Shown: positions 13,249 to 28,200, numbered from the stretch's first letter. The stretch: 64,000 bases of DNA from Paragordius varius (GCA_964247055.1 OZ176053.1:4712001-4776000), one strand, 5' to 3'. A program made the numbers and translations. The notes: a model not told the origin generated them from the sequence alone.

Positions 13249-16200
13249 TTAAAAATTTTCATAATGGTGAATGAATGCACTTTGATCCAACTTATTCATT
13301 TCTTGGGTAGCCGTTTCTACATTATTAGTCATTGCAGGAGGTCCACAACTAAAAACTCCAAACCGATATATCTAAATCATATGAATATAATTTTTTATAC
13401 ATAAGTATTGACAGTTTAATATACAAAATATAAATTAGTCATATAAAACAATTTTTGGTTAATATCATTTACGAAACGTACGTCAGGATGTTCTTCCTGC
13501 AAACTCATGAAAAAAGAAATGAAATCCGGTCTGCCGAAATGTGTTACAGCTCTCAAGCCCGTAAATAAGCTCCGATCATTGAGTTTGTAAAAGTGACGCT
13601 CGCAAATATACTATAATGATAAATAAAAATATTTTTTTGAAATCTATACGAAAAAATATAATATCGCTTTTAGATATCTAAATCATTATTACCAGCATTG
13701 CAGTCCGTAAATCGAATTTTTGATAAAGTTGCGTTATAAATATATTGACTGATACAAGACCATTACAATCATTTTCTTCCACGTCCCTAATGATATCTGT
13801 TAGCCACTCGAATTGTTTTTGTGTCCGTGTAATCCAAAGGAAGTATACCTTGTATTAAAATATTGATCATGGTGATATAATTTTTAGTTTAATATGGACA
13901 TAAACCATATTAAGTGAGAAAATTTTGTCCAAAACTATATTATATTTGCAAATTATATCAGGTTAAAATAAATTGTAATGAGTGATTTATAAGAAATTCA
14001 GAAGCGACACCTTAATAATTAATTATAGTGACATACTTTTTGGCACTTGGTTTTTATACCACTTTGTGCTTTGTTAGCTATATCTTTCAGGATCGATGCA
14101 AAAGGCGTAACTCCAATTCCACCACCAATTAAAACAGAAACTTGAAAACGATCCCAATCTTGATGTCCTTCACCAAATGGGCCATCCAATAAAATCTAAT
14201 ATAATTATTCTTTTAATATATGGATGATTCCATTGCAAAAATATTTTTTTATTTCCATTTGAATTCTAATGGGGTTAAATATTAGGGTTAAGATGTATTT
14301 TTTGAAACACATCCTATATAAACCATTTAATTAAGGAGGAAAATATATATTTTATATGCTTATCCTTATTTCCTAAGAATATAAAAATTGTAGAAGGAAC
14401 CAATGATGGCTTCAACACTGGCCAGCAAGGGCTGATAGTGGAGAATTGTGCAGTTACGGGGTAACTTTCCATGCGTAGATTAATTATTTAATCAAATACA
14501 TAATTTATTTTAAAGGTTACTTTCGGAATGGAATTTTGACTAAAAAAGCTGGAATCAAAAGTTCGCCTTAGGTTGTTTGTCCATGGGCCAACTGTTCGAA
14601 TATGAAGACTTAGATGTTCTTCGTACGGTGCCGATGTAAGAGTAAATGGATGAAATTCGTTCTTTCCCTGAGAAGTAAGGGCTATCCTGACCCATTGCCC
14701 TGATTTGTACTCAAAATTGGGCGGTTTACGAAATATCAAATTAGTTACATCTAATGTTAAATAAAAATTATAATACATATTGTTAAAAAACAATAGTACA
14801 TAGAAACTTTTTAAACAGCAAAATATTTAAATTAAACTAACTTGATGGTAAAACATCGGCCTTCACCAATGGTAATTCGGCTCGTTTACGCGATAGGCTT
14901 ATCAATTTATCGGCGACAAAAAGTATCATTGGCCCCAGAAAAAAGATATAAAAAATACTCATTTGCAACATCATAGCCAAACCATGTATAAATGTTAGAG
15001 CGTAAAACACGATGAATCTGGAAAATTAGAGGGATAATATAACTCAAATATTAATATAAACACAAATGTTTTCAAAAAGTTTAAAAATGATCCACATTTA
15101 TAAATACAGTCATGTATCCTTTATTTTATCAAAAATTTTTTTTTTTCGTTATAAATATTTGGTAAAGAATGGAAAAAACAAGAGCGCTATGGTAATTTTC
15201 ATACTTTTTTGATGAATATGATATTGTTAATACCAGAGAGCTTTTGTTTTTCCATTCTTTACCAAATATTTATACCCATTTAACGAAAAAAAAAATTATT
15301 AAAATAAAGGATACATGACTGTAACAATTAAATAATGGTTGAGTGAAAATACATCTAACTAAAAGCTTTAGTTCTTACAGATTGTGCGTTTTCCAAAACA
15401 TGTTGAAAAGATACCGACGCGAGAATGGTAGGGCGAACACGTAGATTAAAGCCATCACAAGAATTAACAAAATTCCGCTTAAGCCAGTTACTGTTCCAAA
15501 CATCCATGTATGAAATTTCGGGGCTTCATCGCTTAAATGATAAAAACTTCTTACCATACAAAGTTGATCCTCCGGAGATTGAGTTGATATGTGATAAAAA
15601 TTTATTGAGTGTCCAAATACATGTAAAGCTAAACAGAGATATATTAGAGTTTTGGTAAATTTAAAACCACAAATAACAGTAGGTCAAATAAATATTTTTA
15701 AATGATAATTATATATAACGCTATTGGGATAATCGTTTGTTTGTATAAAAGATTGAATACATCCATTAAAATTTTTTTATAATTAGCGATAGTTAGAGGT
15801 TAATTTTTGTATCTATCCAGTCATAAGATATCACTTTAATTGAGAAATGATAAAAATAGGATTATATACCTGTAAATAATAATCCCAGATATGAAATGTA
15901 TTTGTGCATGGGCAAAGCGGCATCGAACGGGATGAAATGTCTTAAAAACGTTTCTCGACAAAACGTTATGAGATTTCGGCACATGGTAATAAGGATAGTT
16001 GAGTAGCAAAACATAAGAGCGCTCGCTGCCCCACGGCTAACCGCCCCACCATACCCAATAATACGCCGTAAGCCAGTGTGTTCTCGTTCAAAACTATATG
16101 CTAAAAAAGTAAACATCTTTTTGATGATAATTATATTTAAACATGCAGATGCAAGAATTAATACCTCGCATATTTAATTTATATTAATATTTTTGGCTAT

Positions 16201-19200
16201 GTTAGATGACTAAAATGTTAATATACCACCATAGTAACTTGAAATCAATAACCAATATTTTCAACGAATTATAACTATTTTTACGAAACACGCTTTCATG
16301 TCATCCCATACAATTTGGGGTATTTAATTAACCGAATGCGTGTTTGAAGTCATATATAGTGTAAAAATATGGAGATATAGAAGGAAAATTTAAAATTGAT
16401 GCATTAATGCAAAAGATTAAAAACGTTATTTTTCTGTTTTATGGTTTAAACGTAAGGCGAAAATGAAATTTACTTCAAATGGGTTTGCAAGCTAATAACA
16501 GTTGCTATTTTATCCAATTTTTCTGTCAATAAAATGTTAATTTTTTGCTGAAAGCTTATAGTTGGTCCCATCCCAAATGGCTTCGCGGGCCGCATTTTTA
16601 AGCTTAAAAGTGATATCAATGATAAAATTAAATATGATCGGCCTTTTATTGAAAAATGGTGCTTTTGAAATTTGAGCTATAGATATTGTTTCGGATGAAA
16701 TTAAGAATTAAAATTCAAAAAGGAACATTATAAAGGAAAAATGATATTAGTTTTTGTATTTAAATTTAAAAAGGATTTCGTAGATAAAATATTTTTGCAA
16801 ATTAATGAATAATGGTCTATAGACTAAAATTTCAATTTACGCGGGCCGAACAAAAAGTTTGGGGGGCCGCATGCGGCCCAAGTTTGTAACATCCCTGGCT
16901 TAATTAATTTTTTTATATCTATTGCGAATAAATACTATTCATTGTTCTAAGGGAATTTTAAAGCCGTTAAATATTTTTAAATACCATTAATTCTTTTATT
17001 TAAAGTATATAGTTTTTATGTGAAAATTATATAGGGCTGTTTTCAACGGAATAAAGTATTGGTGAAAATATTGCTTTTGTATTCGTAAAATCTTTTACAG
17101 TCCAATGTTTTTCATATAATTAAATATTTATTGATGCCTATTATTTTTATTTTTTTAAAAAAAATGCGGCCCGCAAAGCCATTTGTGTTAGGCACTCATG
17201 TTTTAACACTCTGTGAATATTATTGTAAATATAATTTTGAATTTGAAATCGTAAACTATATATTAAACTTTTGAAATCTGTCTGATAAAATAAGTATACA
17301 TACACAAGGCTTTATTTAGGAAAATTCCTACGACACATGACGTGTAAAGAATCAGCCAAAATATATGCCATCGATAGTTTTCAATACTGCGAACCAGATA
17401 AGCCCAATACTGACCAATTAATGTGCTCGGTATATTACGGCTTGCAATCTTTATATCTATGTTAGTAGGACCGCTTGGATATAATTGCTTGTCGCATTTG
17501 CGTATTTCCGATGCGGAATTTTCATAGGATTGTGCCGATTCAATTATATCATACTTTTGATTTGTCCCATTAAAACCACCAAAGAACGGAATAAATTTGG
17601 CATTATGCGAAGATTTTATTTTGCTATTATTACTACCATTATTGTAATAATTAATAGTATCATCTTTGTGTAATTTGCAACGTTTCTTTAATTGACACAT
17701 GTTGGAATTGTTTTGGTTTTGACTGTGTCCAGTTTTAGGAGTTGGGGTAGTGTTAGAGCTACTTGATGATAAAATATTGTTATCCAATACATCGTCAGCG
17801 GAATATCTACGGGGTTCCGCAGAATTAAAGGTTTCAGCTTTGGAGCCAACTGGTTGCAATGAATGTGAAATTGGTCGAAATCCGTCACCACCACTCGTCG
17901 ATGTGTTATTGCCTTTTCTAAATATTGTACACAAATGTGTAAATTAATGATATTGACACGATCTATACTGTAAATTTAATTTACTGGACCTAACATTATA
18001 ATAACAGAGATGTAGGCCGGTGTCAGCCAGGTAAAATTTTTTTCCAAAAAACGGTTTAGCAATAAATGGTTTCATTACAAAAAATATTTTAACCAAAAAT
18101 GTTGCGATTTCGGTCTGTAGACAATGTTTTTTTGTAAAAATGGTTTTTAGTTCAATCGTTTTTTGGTAAATATTTATTTAAAATTTACAAATTTTTGATA
18201 AAAATATGAATATCTAGCCATTAAAATTTTACACGGCAATTTTTTATTAAAAAATAGGTTAATAATTTAAATAATATAAAATATTAAATAAATTGTAATA
18301 ATTTAAAATTAAAAAATTTAATATTTTATGTTAAACCGCGGTTCTGGTTACAAAAACGGTTAGAGCTGTTTATTAATTTTCTTTGATTAAAAATCCGTTT
18401 TCTGAGTTACACACAAAAATTAGAATTGATAAAATATAGTCTACTATTATAGAACACCATATATACCCTTTAATAATTGTTCGACGCGTTTTGAGATTGA
18501 AGTTTTTTTCTGTCCCATTTTTCCTTTTTCTTTGATTTTTGGGTAAACAAAATTTAACCCCTACAACAATTGCATTAAAGATATATATATTTATATGTTT
18601 CAATTTTAGAAATTATTATCTAATATGTTTTACATAAGTTTCCGCTACTATTGTAATTAAACAAGTGTTTGACCCAAATTTAATCGTAATTGCTGTGTGA
18701 GAAAAATAAACTAAAAAAACTTGAAATAATGATTATACGATTTTAATTTTTCCAAAATTACTTTAAGATAGTTTATTAAACGATCGATATACAATATACC
18801 ATTACAATTTAAATTCACCCTTGAACAATTTATATGTTTTTTAAGATTAAAAATAAATTTTTATATATTTTTAAAAAATAAAATTTTGTTTTCGATTAAA
18901 ATAATACTGAAAAAATGAATAATTTTGCCATAAAGATATAAATAATGAGTAATATTCAAAAACACATAATTTATTTTTAGGGTTAATTTGAATTGTTCAA
19001 GGGTGTTAAACTGTGTATATATGGGCAAGATGAAACTTTTACTTAAATTTAATGATTAGAAATTTTTGTTAATTAAATTTAATGCGGTAATTAAAAATAT
19101 ATGTTGTTTAATATCAAGAATTTACAAATTTTAACCTTCCCAATTAATTTGCAATTCGTCCATATCTCGTGATTGCCCGTTTATCATTGAAACAAAATCC

Positions 19201-22200
19201 TTAAAAGTTAAACTCTGTTTCCCCTTCAGATGTGGTTGATTAAATAAAATTTCTAATCCTTGATGTAATTCATTTTTGTTTAATTTGAAGCCCGATAATT
19301 CCATAAATGATCTATTTAATATAAAAATATGTGATATATAAAATTAATTTTTAATAAAATAAAGACAAGAATAACGAACGATATACTCTAGCATGCATAT
19401 GAAATTCGATTTTGTGAGGAATCCTTGTTTATCAGAATCATACATATCAAATATGACGCGGGCCCTATCTTCAGAACTACCTAATTAGTGAAAGAAATAT
19501 GGTTAATTCGATTCCACAATAATAGTGAATAATTTTAAATTTAAAAGATAATAGATGCTATTTATATAGAAACAAATAAAAATTATAAATATCACTACAG
19601 TCAAGCCCTTTAGTTCGAAAATAAGAATCCAACAAACAAATTTGAGGATTAGTTTTAAAATTCAAAAACAGTCATTATCATGGTATTTAAATGAAAATAA
19701 AATTGTCAAAAATTGAGCATATACATGTAACACATACCTTTTAGCAGTTATTTTGAAAAAGAGTTTCAATTTGTTGAAATGTTTATTTTTAAAAATAGTT
19801 GAAAGTTGAAGCTTGAGAATTTTTATTAAATACTAGCGTGAATCTCGTGCTGCTACGCAGCCCGAGGAAGTCCTTCGGACTTCTGGGGGGGGTTCGAAGT
19901 TTGGATTTGAATGGGTGTACCGTTTTTCCTGTAGATCACAAAGCCAGCATTTTCCATTTTTATAAATATATGGATTACCATAAATAATGTTTTAATATCC
20001 ATATATCTTTTAACATGCTATACATATGATAGATAATCCTTACTCAGCAGCTATCATCAAAGAAACGGTTGACTAAAATTTTTGCCTTTTAACTACGAAA
20101 AATTTTTCTCGAATTTTTACAGTCTCATACCGTGGGCAAAAAAATACAATCAAAAAAATATTTTTGTGGACTTTGTTTTTTTTGAAAAAAATGGCATTTT
20201 ACGGGGGGAGCGGGTAAAAAGAGGGCCTAAATCAAAAAAGTGACTCGACTATGTTCAGCGCGATCAAAATTAAGTAAACAAAATTCATATTTGAAATTGA
20301 ATGGTCCAACACGTTCTCCAAAAAATTGACTTAACCCATTTTTCACACGGGGTGGGCCCGAACTGGGGACCTAATTCCAAAAAAGGGCGAAGCTATTGTC
20401 GGGGCATTCAATAATGTTTATATTTTTTCGATATTTGGATTTGATTGGGATCACCGGTTTTCCGGAAACAGTTCACAAAGTTATATGAAAAATCAGTTTT
20501 TAGCGGGTAGCTCCTTACCCAGCAGCTATCATCAAATAAACGGTGGCCTAAAATTTGGTGCCTTTTAACAGGGAATACGTGGAATCTTTATTGAATTTTT
20601 AAGGTCTCATACCTAGGACGAAAAATCGATTTAAAAAATTATTTTTGTGGACTTTGTTTTTTGAAAAAAATGGCATTTTACGGGGGGAGCGGGTAAAAAG
20701 AGGGCCTAAATCAAAAAAGTGGCTCGACTATGTTCGGCGCAATCGAAAATAAGTAAACAAAATTCATATTTGAAATTGAATGGTCCAACACGTTCTCCAA
20801 AAAATTGACTTAACCCATTTTTCACACGGGGTGGGCCCGAACTGGGGACCTAATTCCAAAAAAGGGCGAAGCTATTGTCGGGGCATTCATTAATGTTTAT
20901 ATTTTTTCGATATTTGGATTTGATTGGGATCACCGGTTTTCCGGAAACAGTTCACAAAGTTATATGAAAAATCAGTTTTTAGCGGGTAGCTCCTTACCCA
21001 GCAGCTATCATCAAATAAACGGTGGACTAAAATTTTTGCCTTTTAACAGGGAATACGTGGAATCTTTATTGAATTTTTAAGGTCTCATACCTAGGACGAA
21101 AAATCGATTTAAAAAATTATTTTTGTGGACTTTGTTTTTTGAAAAAAATGGCATTTTACGGGGGGAGCGGGTAAAAAGAGGGCCTAAATCAAAAAAGTGG
21201 CTCGACTATGTTCGGCGCAATCGAAAATAAGTAAACAAAATTCATATTTGAAATTGAATGGTCCAACACGTTCTCCAAAAAATTGACTTAACCCATTTTT
21301 CACACGGGGTGGGCCCAAACTGGGGACCTAATTCCAAAAAAGGGCGAAGCTATTGTCGGGGCATTCATTAATGTTTATATTTTTTCGATATTTGGATTTG
21401 ATTGGGTCTACCGGTTTTCCTGTACCAGATCACAAAGCCAGCATTTTCCATTTTTATAAATATATAGATGAGGATAAATAATGTATTAATATCCATATAT
21501 CTTTTAACATGCTATACATATGATAGATACTCCTTACTCAGCAGCTATCATCAAAGAAACGCTTGACTAAAATTTTTGCCTTTTAACAGGCAATACGAAA
21601 AATCTTTCTCGAATTTTTACAGTCTCATACCGTGGACAAAAAAATACAATCAAAAAAATATTTTTGTGGACTTTGTTTTTTTTGAAAAAAATGGCATTTT
21701 ACGGGGGGAGCGGGTAAAAAGAGGGCCTAAATCAAAAAAGTGACTCGACTATGTTCAGCGCGATCAATATTAAGTAAACAAATTTCATATTTGAAATTGA
21801 ATGGTCCAACACGTTCTCCAAAAAATTGACTTAACCCATTTTTCACACGGGGTGGGCCCGAACTGGGGACCTAATTCCAAAAAAGGGCGAAGCTATTGTC
21901 GGGGCATTCATTAATGTTTATATTTTTTCGATATTTGGATTTGATTGGGATCACCGGTTTTCCGGAAACAGTTCACAAAGTTATATGAAAAATCAGTTTT
22001 TAGCGGGTAGCTCCTTACCCAGCAGCTATCATCAAATAAACGGTGGACTAAAATTTTTGCCTTTTAACAGGGAATACGTGGAATCTTTATTGAATTTTTA
22101 AGGTCTCATACCTAGGACGAAAAATCGATTTAAAAAATTATTTTTGTGGACTTTGTTTTTTGAAAAAAATGGCATTTTACGGGGGGAGCGGGTAAAAAGA

Positions 22201-25200
22201 GGGCCTAAATCAAAAAAGTGGCTCGACTATGTTCGGCGCAATCGAAAATAAGTAAACAAAATTCATATTTGAAATTGAATGGTCCAACACGTTCTCCAAA
22301 AAATTGACTTAACCCATTTTTCACACGGGGTGGGCCCAAACTGGGGACCTAATTCCAAAAAAGGGCGAAGCTATTGTCGGGGCATTCATTAATGTTTATA
22401 TTTTTTCGATATTTGGATTTGATTGGGTCTACCGGTTTTCCTGTACCAGATCACAAAGCCAGCATTTTCCATTTTTATAAATATATAGATGAGGATAAAT
22501 AATGTATTAATATCCATATATCTTTTAACATGCTATACATATGATAGATACTCCTTACTCAGCAGCTATCATCAAAGAAACGCTTGACTAAAATTTTTGC
22601 CTTTTAACAGGCAATACGAAAAATCTTTCTCGAATTTTTACAGTCTCATACCGTGGACAAAAAAATACAATCAAAAAAATATTTTTGTGGACTTTGTTTT
22701 TTTGAAAAAAATGGCATTTTACGGGGGGAGCGGGTAAAAAGAGGGCCTAAATCAAAAAAGTGACTCGACTATGTTCAGCGCGATCAAAATTAAGTAAACA
22801 AAATTCATATTTGAAATTGAATGGTCCAACACGTTCTCCAAAAAATTGACTTAACCCATTTTTCACACGGGGTGGGCCCGAACTGGGGACCTAATTCCAA
22901 AAAAGGGCGAAGCTATTGTCGGGGCATTCATTAATGTTTATATTTTTTCGATATTTGGATTTGATTGGGATCACCGGTTTTCCGGAAACAGTTCACAAAG
23001 TTATATGAAAAATCAGTTTTTAGCGGGTAGCTCCTTACCCAGCAGCTATCATCAAATAAACGGTGGACTAAAATTTTTGCCTTTTAACAGGGAATACGTG
23101 GAATCTTTATTGAATTTTTAAGGTCTCATACCTAGGACGAAAAATCGATTTAAAAAATTATTTTTGTGGACTTTGTTTTTTGAAAAAAATGGCATTTTAC
23201 GGGGGGAGCGGGTAAAAAGAGGGCCTAAATCAAAAAAGTGGCTCGACTATGTTCGGCGCAATCGAAAATAAGTAAACAAAATTCATATTTGAAATTGAAT
23301 GGTCCAACACGTTCTCCAAAAAATTGACTTAACCCATTTTTCACACGGGGTGGGCCCAAACTGGGGACCTAATTCCAAAAAAGGGCGAAGCTATTGTCGG
23401 GGCATTCATTAATGTTTATATTTTTTCGATATTTGGATTTGATTGGGTCTACCGGTTTTCCTGTACCAGATCACAAAGCCAGCATTTTCCATTTTTATAA
23501 ATATATAGATGAGGATAAATAATGTATTAATATCCATATATCTTTTAACATGCTATACATATGATAGATACTCCTTACTCAGCAGCTATCATCAAAGAAA
23601 CGCTTGACTAAAATTTTTGCCTTTTAACAGGCAATACGAAAAATCTTTCTCGAATTTTTACAGTCTCATACCGTGGACAAAAAAATACAATCAAAAAAAT
23701 ATTTTTGTGGACTTTGTTTTTTTGAAAAAAATGGCATTTTACGGGGGGAGCGGGTAAAAAGAGGGCCTAAATCAAAAAAGTGACTCGACTATGTTCAGCG
23801 CGATCAAAATTAAGTAAACAAAATTCATATTTGAAATTGAATGGTCCAACACGTTCTCCAAAAAATTGACTTAACCCATTTTTCACACGGGGTGGGCCCG
23901 AACTGGGGACCTAATTCCAAAAAAGGGCGAAGCTATTGTCGGGGCATTCATTAATGTTTATATTTTTTCGATATTTGGATTTGATTGGGATCACCGGTTT
24001 TCCGGAAACAGTTCACAAAGTTATATGAAAAATCAGTTTTTAGCGGGTAGCTCCTTACCCAGCAGCTATCATCAAATAAACGGTGGACTAAAATTTTTGC
24101 CTTTTAACAGGGAATACGTGGAATCTTTATTGAATTTTTAAGGTCTCATACCTAGGACGAAAAATCGATTTAAAAAATTATTTTTGTGGACTTTGTTTTT
24201 TGAAAAAAATGGCATTTTACGGGGGGAGCGGGTAAAAAGAGGGCCTAAATCAAAAAAGTGGCTCGACTATGTTCGGCGCAATCGAAAATAAGTAAACAAA
24301 AATCATATTTGAAATTGAATGGTCCAACACGTTCTCCGGAAAATTGTCTCAAAAACACGATTTTGTGGACTTCTGTTTTCAAAAAAAACCGTTTTTCATA
24401 CGGGGTGGGCCCGAACTGGGGGCCTATTTCAAAAAAAGGGCGAAGCTATTGTCGGGACATTTATTAATGATTATATTTTTTCGATATTTGGATTTGATTG
24501 GGTCTACCGGTTTTCCTGTACCAGATCACAAAGCCAGCATTTTCCATTTTTATAAATATATAGATGAGGATAAATAATGTATTAATATCCATATATCTTT
24601 TAACATGCTATACATATGATAGATACTCCTTACTCAGCAGCTATCATCAAAGAAACGCTTGACTAAAATTTTTGCCTTTTAACAGGCAATACGGAAAATC
24701 TTTCTCGAATTTTTACAGTCTCATACCGTGGACAAAAAAATACAATCAAAAAAATATTTTTGTGGACTTTGTTTTTTTTGAAAAAAATGGCATTTTACGG
24801 GGGGAGCGGGTAAAAAGAGGGCCTAAATCAAAAAAGTGACTCGACTATGTTCAGCGCGATCAAAATTAAGTAAACAAAATTCATATTTGAAATTGAATGG
24901 TCCAACACGTTCTCCAAAAAATTGACTTAACCCATTTTTCACACGGGGTGGGCCCGAACTGGGGACCTAATTCCAAAAAAGGGCGAAGCTATTGTCGGGG
25001 CATTCATTAATGTTTATATTTTTTCGATATTTGGATTTGATTGGGATCACCGGTTTTCCGGAAACAGTTCACAAAGTTATATGAAAAATCAGTTTTTAGC
25101 GGGTAGCTCCTTACCCAGCAGCTATCATCAAATAAACGGTGGACTAAAATTTTTGCCTTTTAACAGGGAATACGTGGAATCTTTATTGAATTTTTAAGGT

Positions 25201-28200
25201 CTCATACCTAGGACGAAAAATCGATTTAAAAAATTATTTTTGTGGACTTTGTTTTTTGAAAAAAATGGCATTTTACGGGGGGAGCGGGTAAAAAGAGGGC
25301 CTAAATCAAAAAAGTGGCTCGACTATGTTCGGCGCAATCGAAAATAAGTAAACAAAATTCATATTTGAAATTGAATGGTCCAACACGTTCTCCAAAAAAT
25401 TGACTTAACCCATTTTTCACACGGGGTGGGCCCAAACTGGGGACCTAATTCCAAAAAAGGGCGAAGCTATTGTCGGGGCATTCATTAATGTTTATATTTT
25501 TTCGATATTTGGATTTGATTGGGTCTACCGGTTTTCCTGTACCAGATCACAAAGCCAGCATTTTCCATTTTTATAAATATATAGATGAGGATAAATAATG
25601 TATTAATATCCATATATCTTTTAACATGCTATACATATGATAGATACTCCTTACTCAGCAGCTATCATCAAAGAAACGCTTGACTAAAATTTTTGCCTTT
25701 TAACAGGCAATACGAAAAATCTTTCTCGAATTTTTACAGTCTCATACCGTGGACAAAAAAATACAATCAAAAAAATATTTTTGTGGACTTTGTTTTTTTG
25801 AAAAAAATGGCATTTTACGGGGGGAGCGGGTAAAAAGAGGGCCTAAATCAAAAAAGTGACTCGACTATGTTCAGCGCGATCAAAATTAAGTAAACAAAAT
25901 TCATATTTGAAATTGAATGGTCCAACACGTTCTCCAAAAAATTGACTTAACCCATTTTTCACACGGGGTGGGCCCGAACTGGGGACCTAATTCCAAAAAA
26001 GGGCGAAGCTATTGTCGGGGCATTCATTAATGTTTATATTTTTTCGATATTTGGATTTGATTGGGATCACCGGTTTTCCGGAAACAGTTCACAAAGTTAT
26101 ATGAAAAATCAGTTTTTAGCGGGTAGCTCCTTACCCAGCAGCTATCATCAAATAAACGGTGGACTAAAATTTTTGCCTTTTAACAGGGAATACGTGGAAT
26201 CTTTATTGAATTTTTAAGGTCTCATACCTAGGACGAAAAATCGATTTAAAAAATTATTTTTGTGGACTTTGTTTTTTGAAAAAAATGGCATTTTACGGGG
26301 GGAGCGGGTAAAAAGAGGGCCTAAATCAAAAAAGTGGCTCGACTATGTTCGGCGCAATCGAAAATAAGTAAACAAAAATCATATTTGAAATTGAATGGTC
26401 CAACACGTTCTCCGGAAAATTGTCTCAAAAACACGATTTTGTGGACTTCTGTTTTCAAAAAAAAACCCGTTTTTCATACGGGGTGGGCCCGAACTGGGGG
26501 CCTATTTCAAAAAAAGGGCGAAGCTATTGTCGGGACATTTATTAATGATTATATTTTTTCGATATTTGGATTTGATTGGGTCTACCGGTTTTCCTGTACC
26601 AGATCACAAAGCCAGCATTTTCCATTTTTATAAATATATAGAAAAAACCCGTTTTTCATACGGGGTGGGCCCGAACTGGGGGCCTATTTCAAAAAAAGGG
26701 CGAAGCTATTGTCGGGACATTTATTAATGATTATATTTTTTCGATATTTGGATTTGATTGGGTCTACCGGTTTTCCTGTACCAGATCACAAAGCCAGCAT
26801 TTTCCATTTTTATAAATATATAGATGAGGATAAATAATGTATTAATATCCATATATCTTTTAACATGCTATACATATGATAGATACTCCTTACTCAGCAG
26901 CTATCATCAAAGAAACGCTTGACTAAAATTTTTGCCTTTTAACAGGCAATACGAAAAATCTTTCTCGAATTTTTACAGTCTCATACCGTGGACAAAAAAA
27001 TACAATCAAAAAAATATTTTTGTGGACTTTGTTTTTTTTGAAAAAAATGGCATTTTACGGGGGGAGCGGGTAAAAAGAGGGCCTAAATCAAAAAAGTGAC
27101 TCGACTATGTTCAGCGCGATCAAAATTAAGTAAACAAAATTCATATTTGAAATTGAATGGTCCAACACGTTCTCCAAAAAATTGACTTAACCCATTTTTC
27201 ACACGGGGTGGGCCCGAACTGGGGACCTAATTCCAAAAAAGGGCGAAGCTATTGTCGGGGCATTCATTAATGTTTATATTTTTTCGATATTTGGATTTGA
27301 TTGGGATCACCGGTTTTCCGGAAACAGTTCACAAAGTTATATGAAAAATCAGTTTTTAGCGGGTAGCTCCTTACCCAGCAGCTATCATCAAATAAACGGT
27401 GGACTAAAATTTTTGCCTTTTAACAGGGAATACGTGGAATCTTTATTGAATTTTTAAGGTCTCATACCTAGGACGAAAAATCGATTTAAAAAATTATTTT
27501 TGTGGACTTTGTTTTTTGAAAAAAATGGCATTTTACGGGGGGAGCGGGTAAAAAGAGGGCCTAAATCAAAAAAGTGGCTCGACTATGTTCGGCGCAATCG
27601 AAAATAAGTAAACAAAATTCATATTTGAAATTGAATGGTCCAACACGTTCTCCAAAAAATTGACTTAACCCATTTTTCACACGGGGTGGGCCCAAACTGG
27701 GGACCTAATTCCAAAAAAGGGCGAAGCTATTGTCGGGGCATTCATTAATGTTTATATTTTTTCGATATTTGGATTTGATTGGGTCTACCGGTTTTCCTGT
27801 ACCAGATCACAAAGCCAGCATTTTCCATTTTTATAAATATATAGATGAGGATAAATAATGTATTAATATCCATATATCTTTTAACATGCTATACATATGA
27901 TAGATACTCCTTACTCAGCAGCTATCATCAAAGAAACGCTTGACTAAAATTTTTGCCTTTTAACAGGCAATACGAAAAATCTTTCTCGAATTTTTACAGT
28001 CTCATACCGTGGACAAAAAAATACAATCAAAAAAATATTTTTGTGGACTTTGTTTTTTTGAAAAAAATGGCATTTTACGGGGGGAGCGGGTAAAAAGAGG
28101 GCCTAAATCAAAAAAGTGACTCGACTATGTTCAGCGCGATCAAAATTAAGTAAACAAAATTCATATTTGAAATTGAATGGTCCAACACGTTCTCCAAAAA

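Noticed and set aside
17485-17947. Plus-strand ORFs opposite Duox and minus-strand ORFs opposite SARA (also 15425-15658, 35139-35396, 36703-36918, 41094-41357, 52679-52897, 57411-57632)
   Set aside because: They are antisense shadows of real exons with no independent homology or splice support.
19597-19630. TA-CAGTCAAGCCCTTTAGTTCGAA, resembling a pogo/Tigger TIR (a similar word lies near 1622)
   Set aside because: No partner TIR was found on either side of the Helitron array, so it is too little to call an element.
20190-20390. G-tracts in each monomer (GGGGGGAGCGGG...GAGGG; GGGGTGGG...GGGG...GGG) as G-quadruplexes
   Set aside because: The loops are long or the tracts too few for a canonical G4, and nothing in the sequence supports function.
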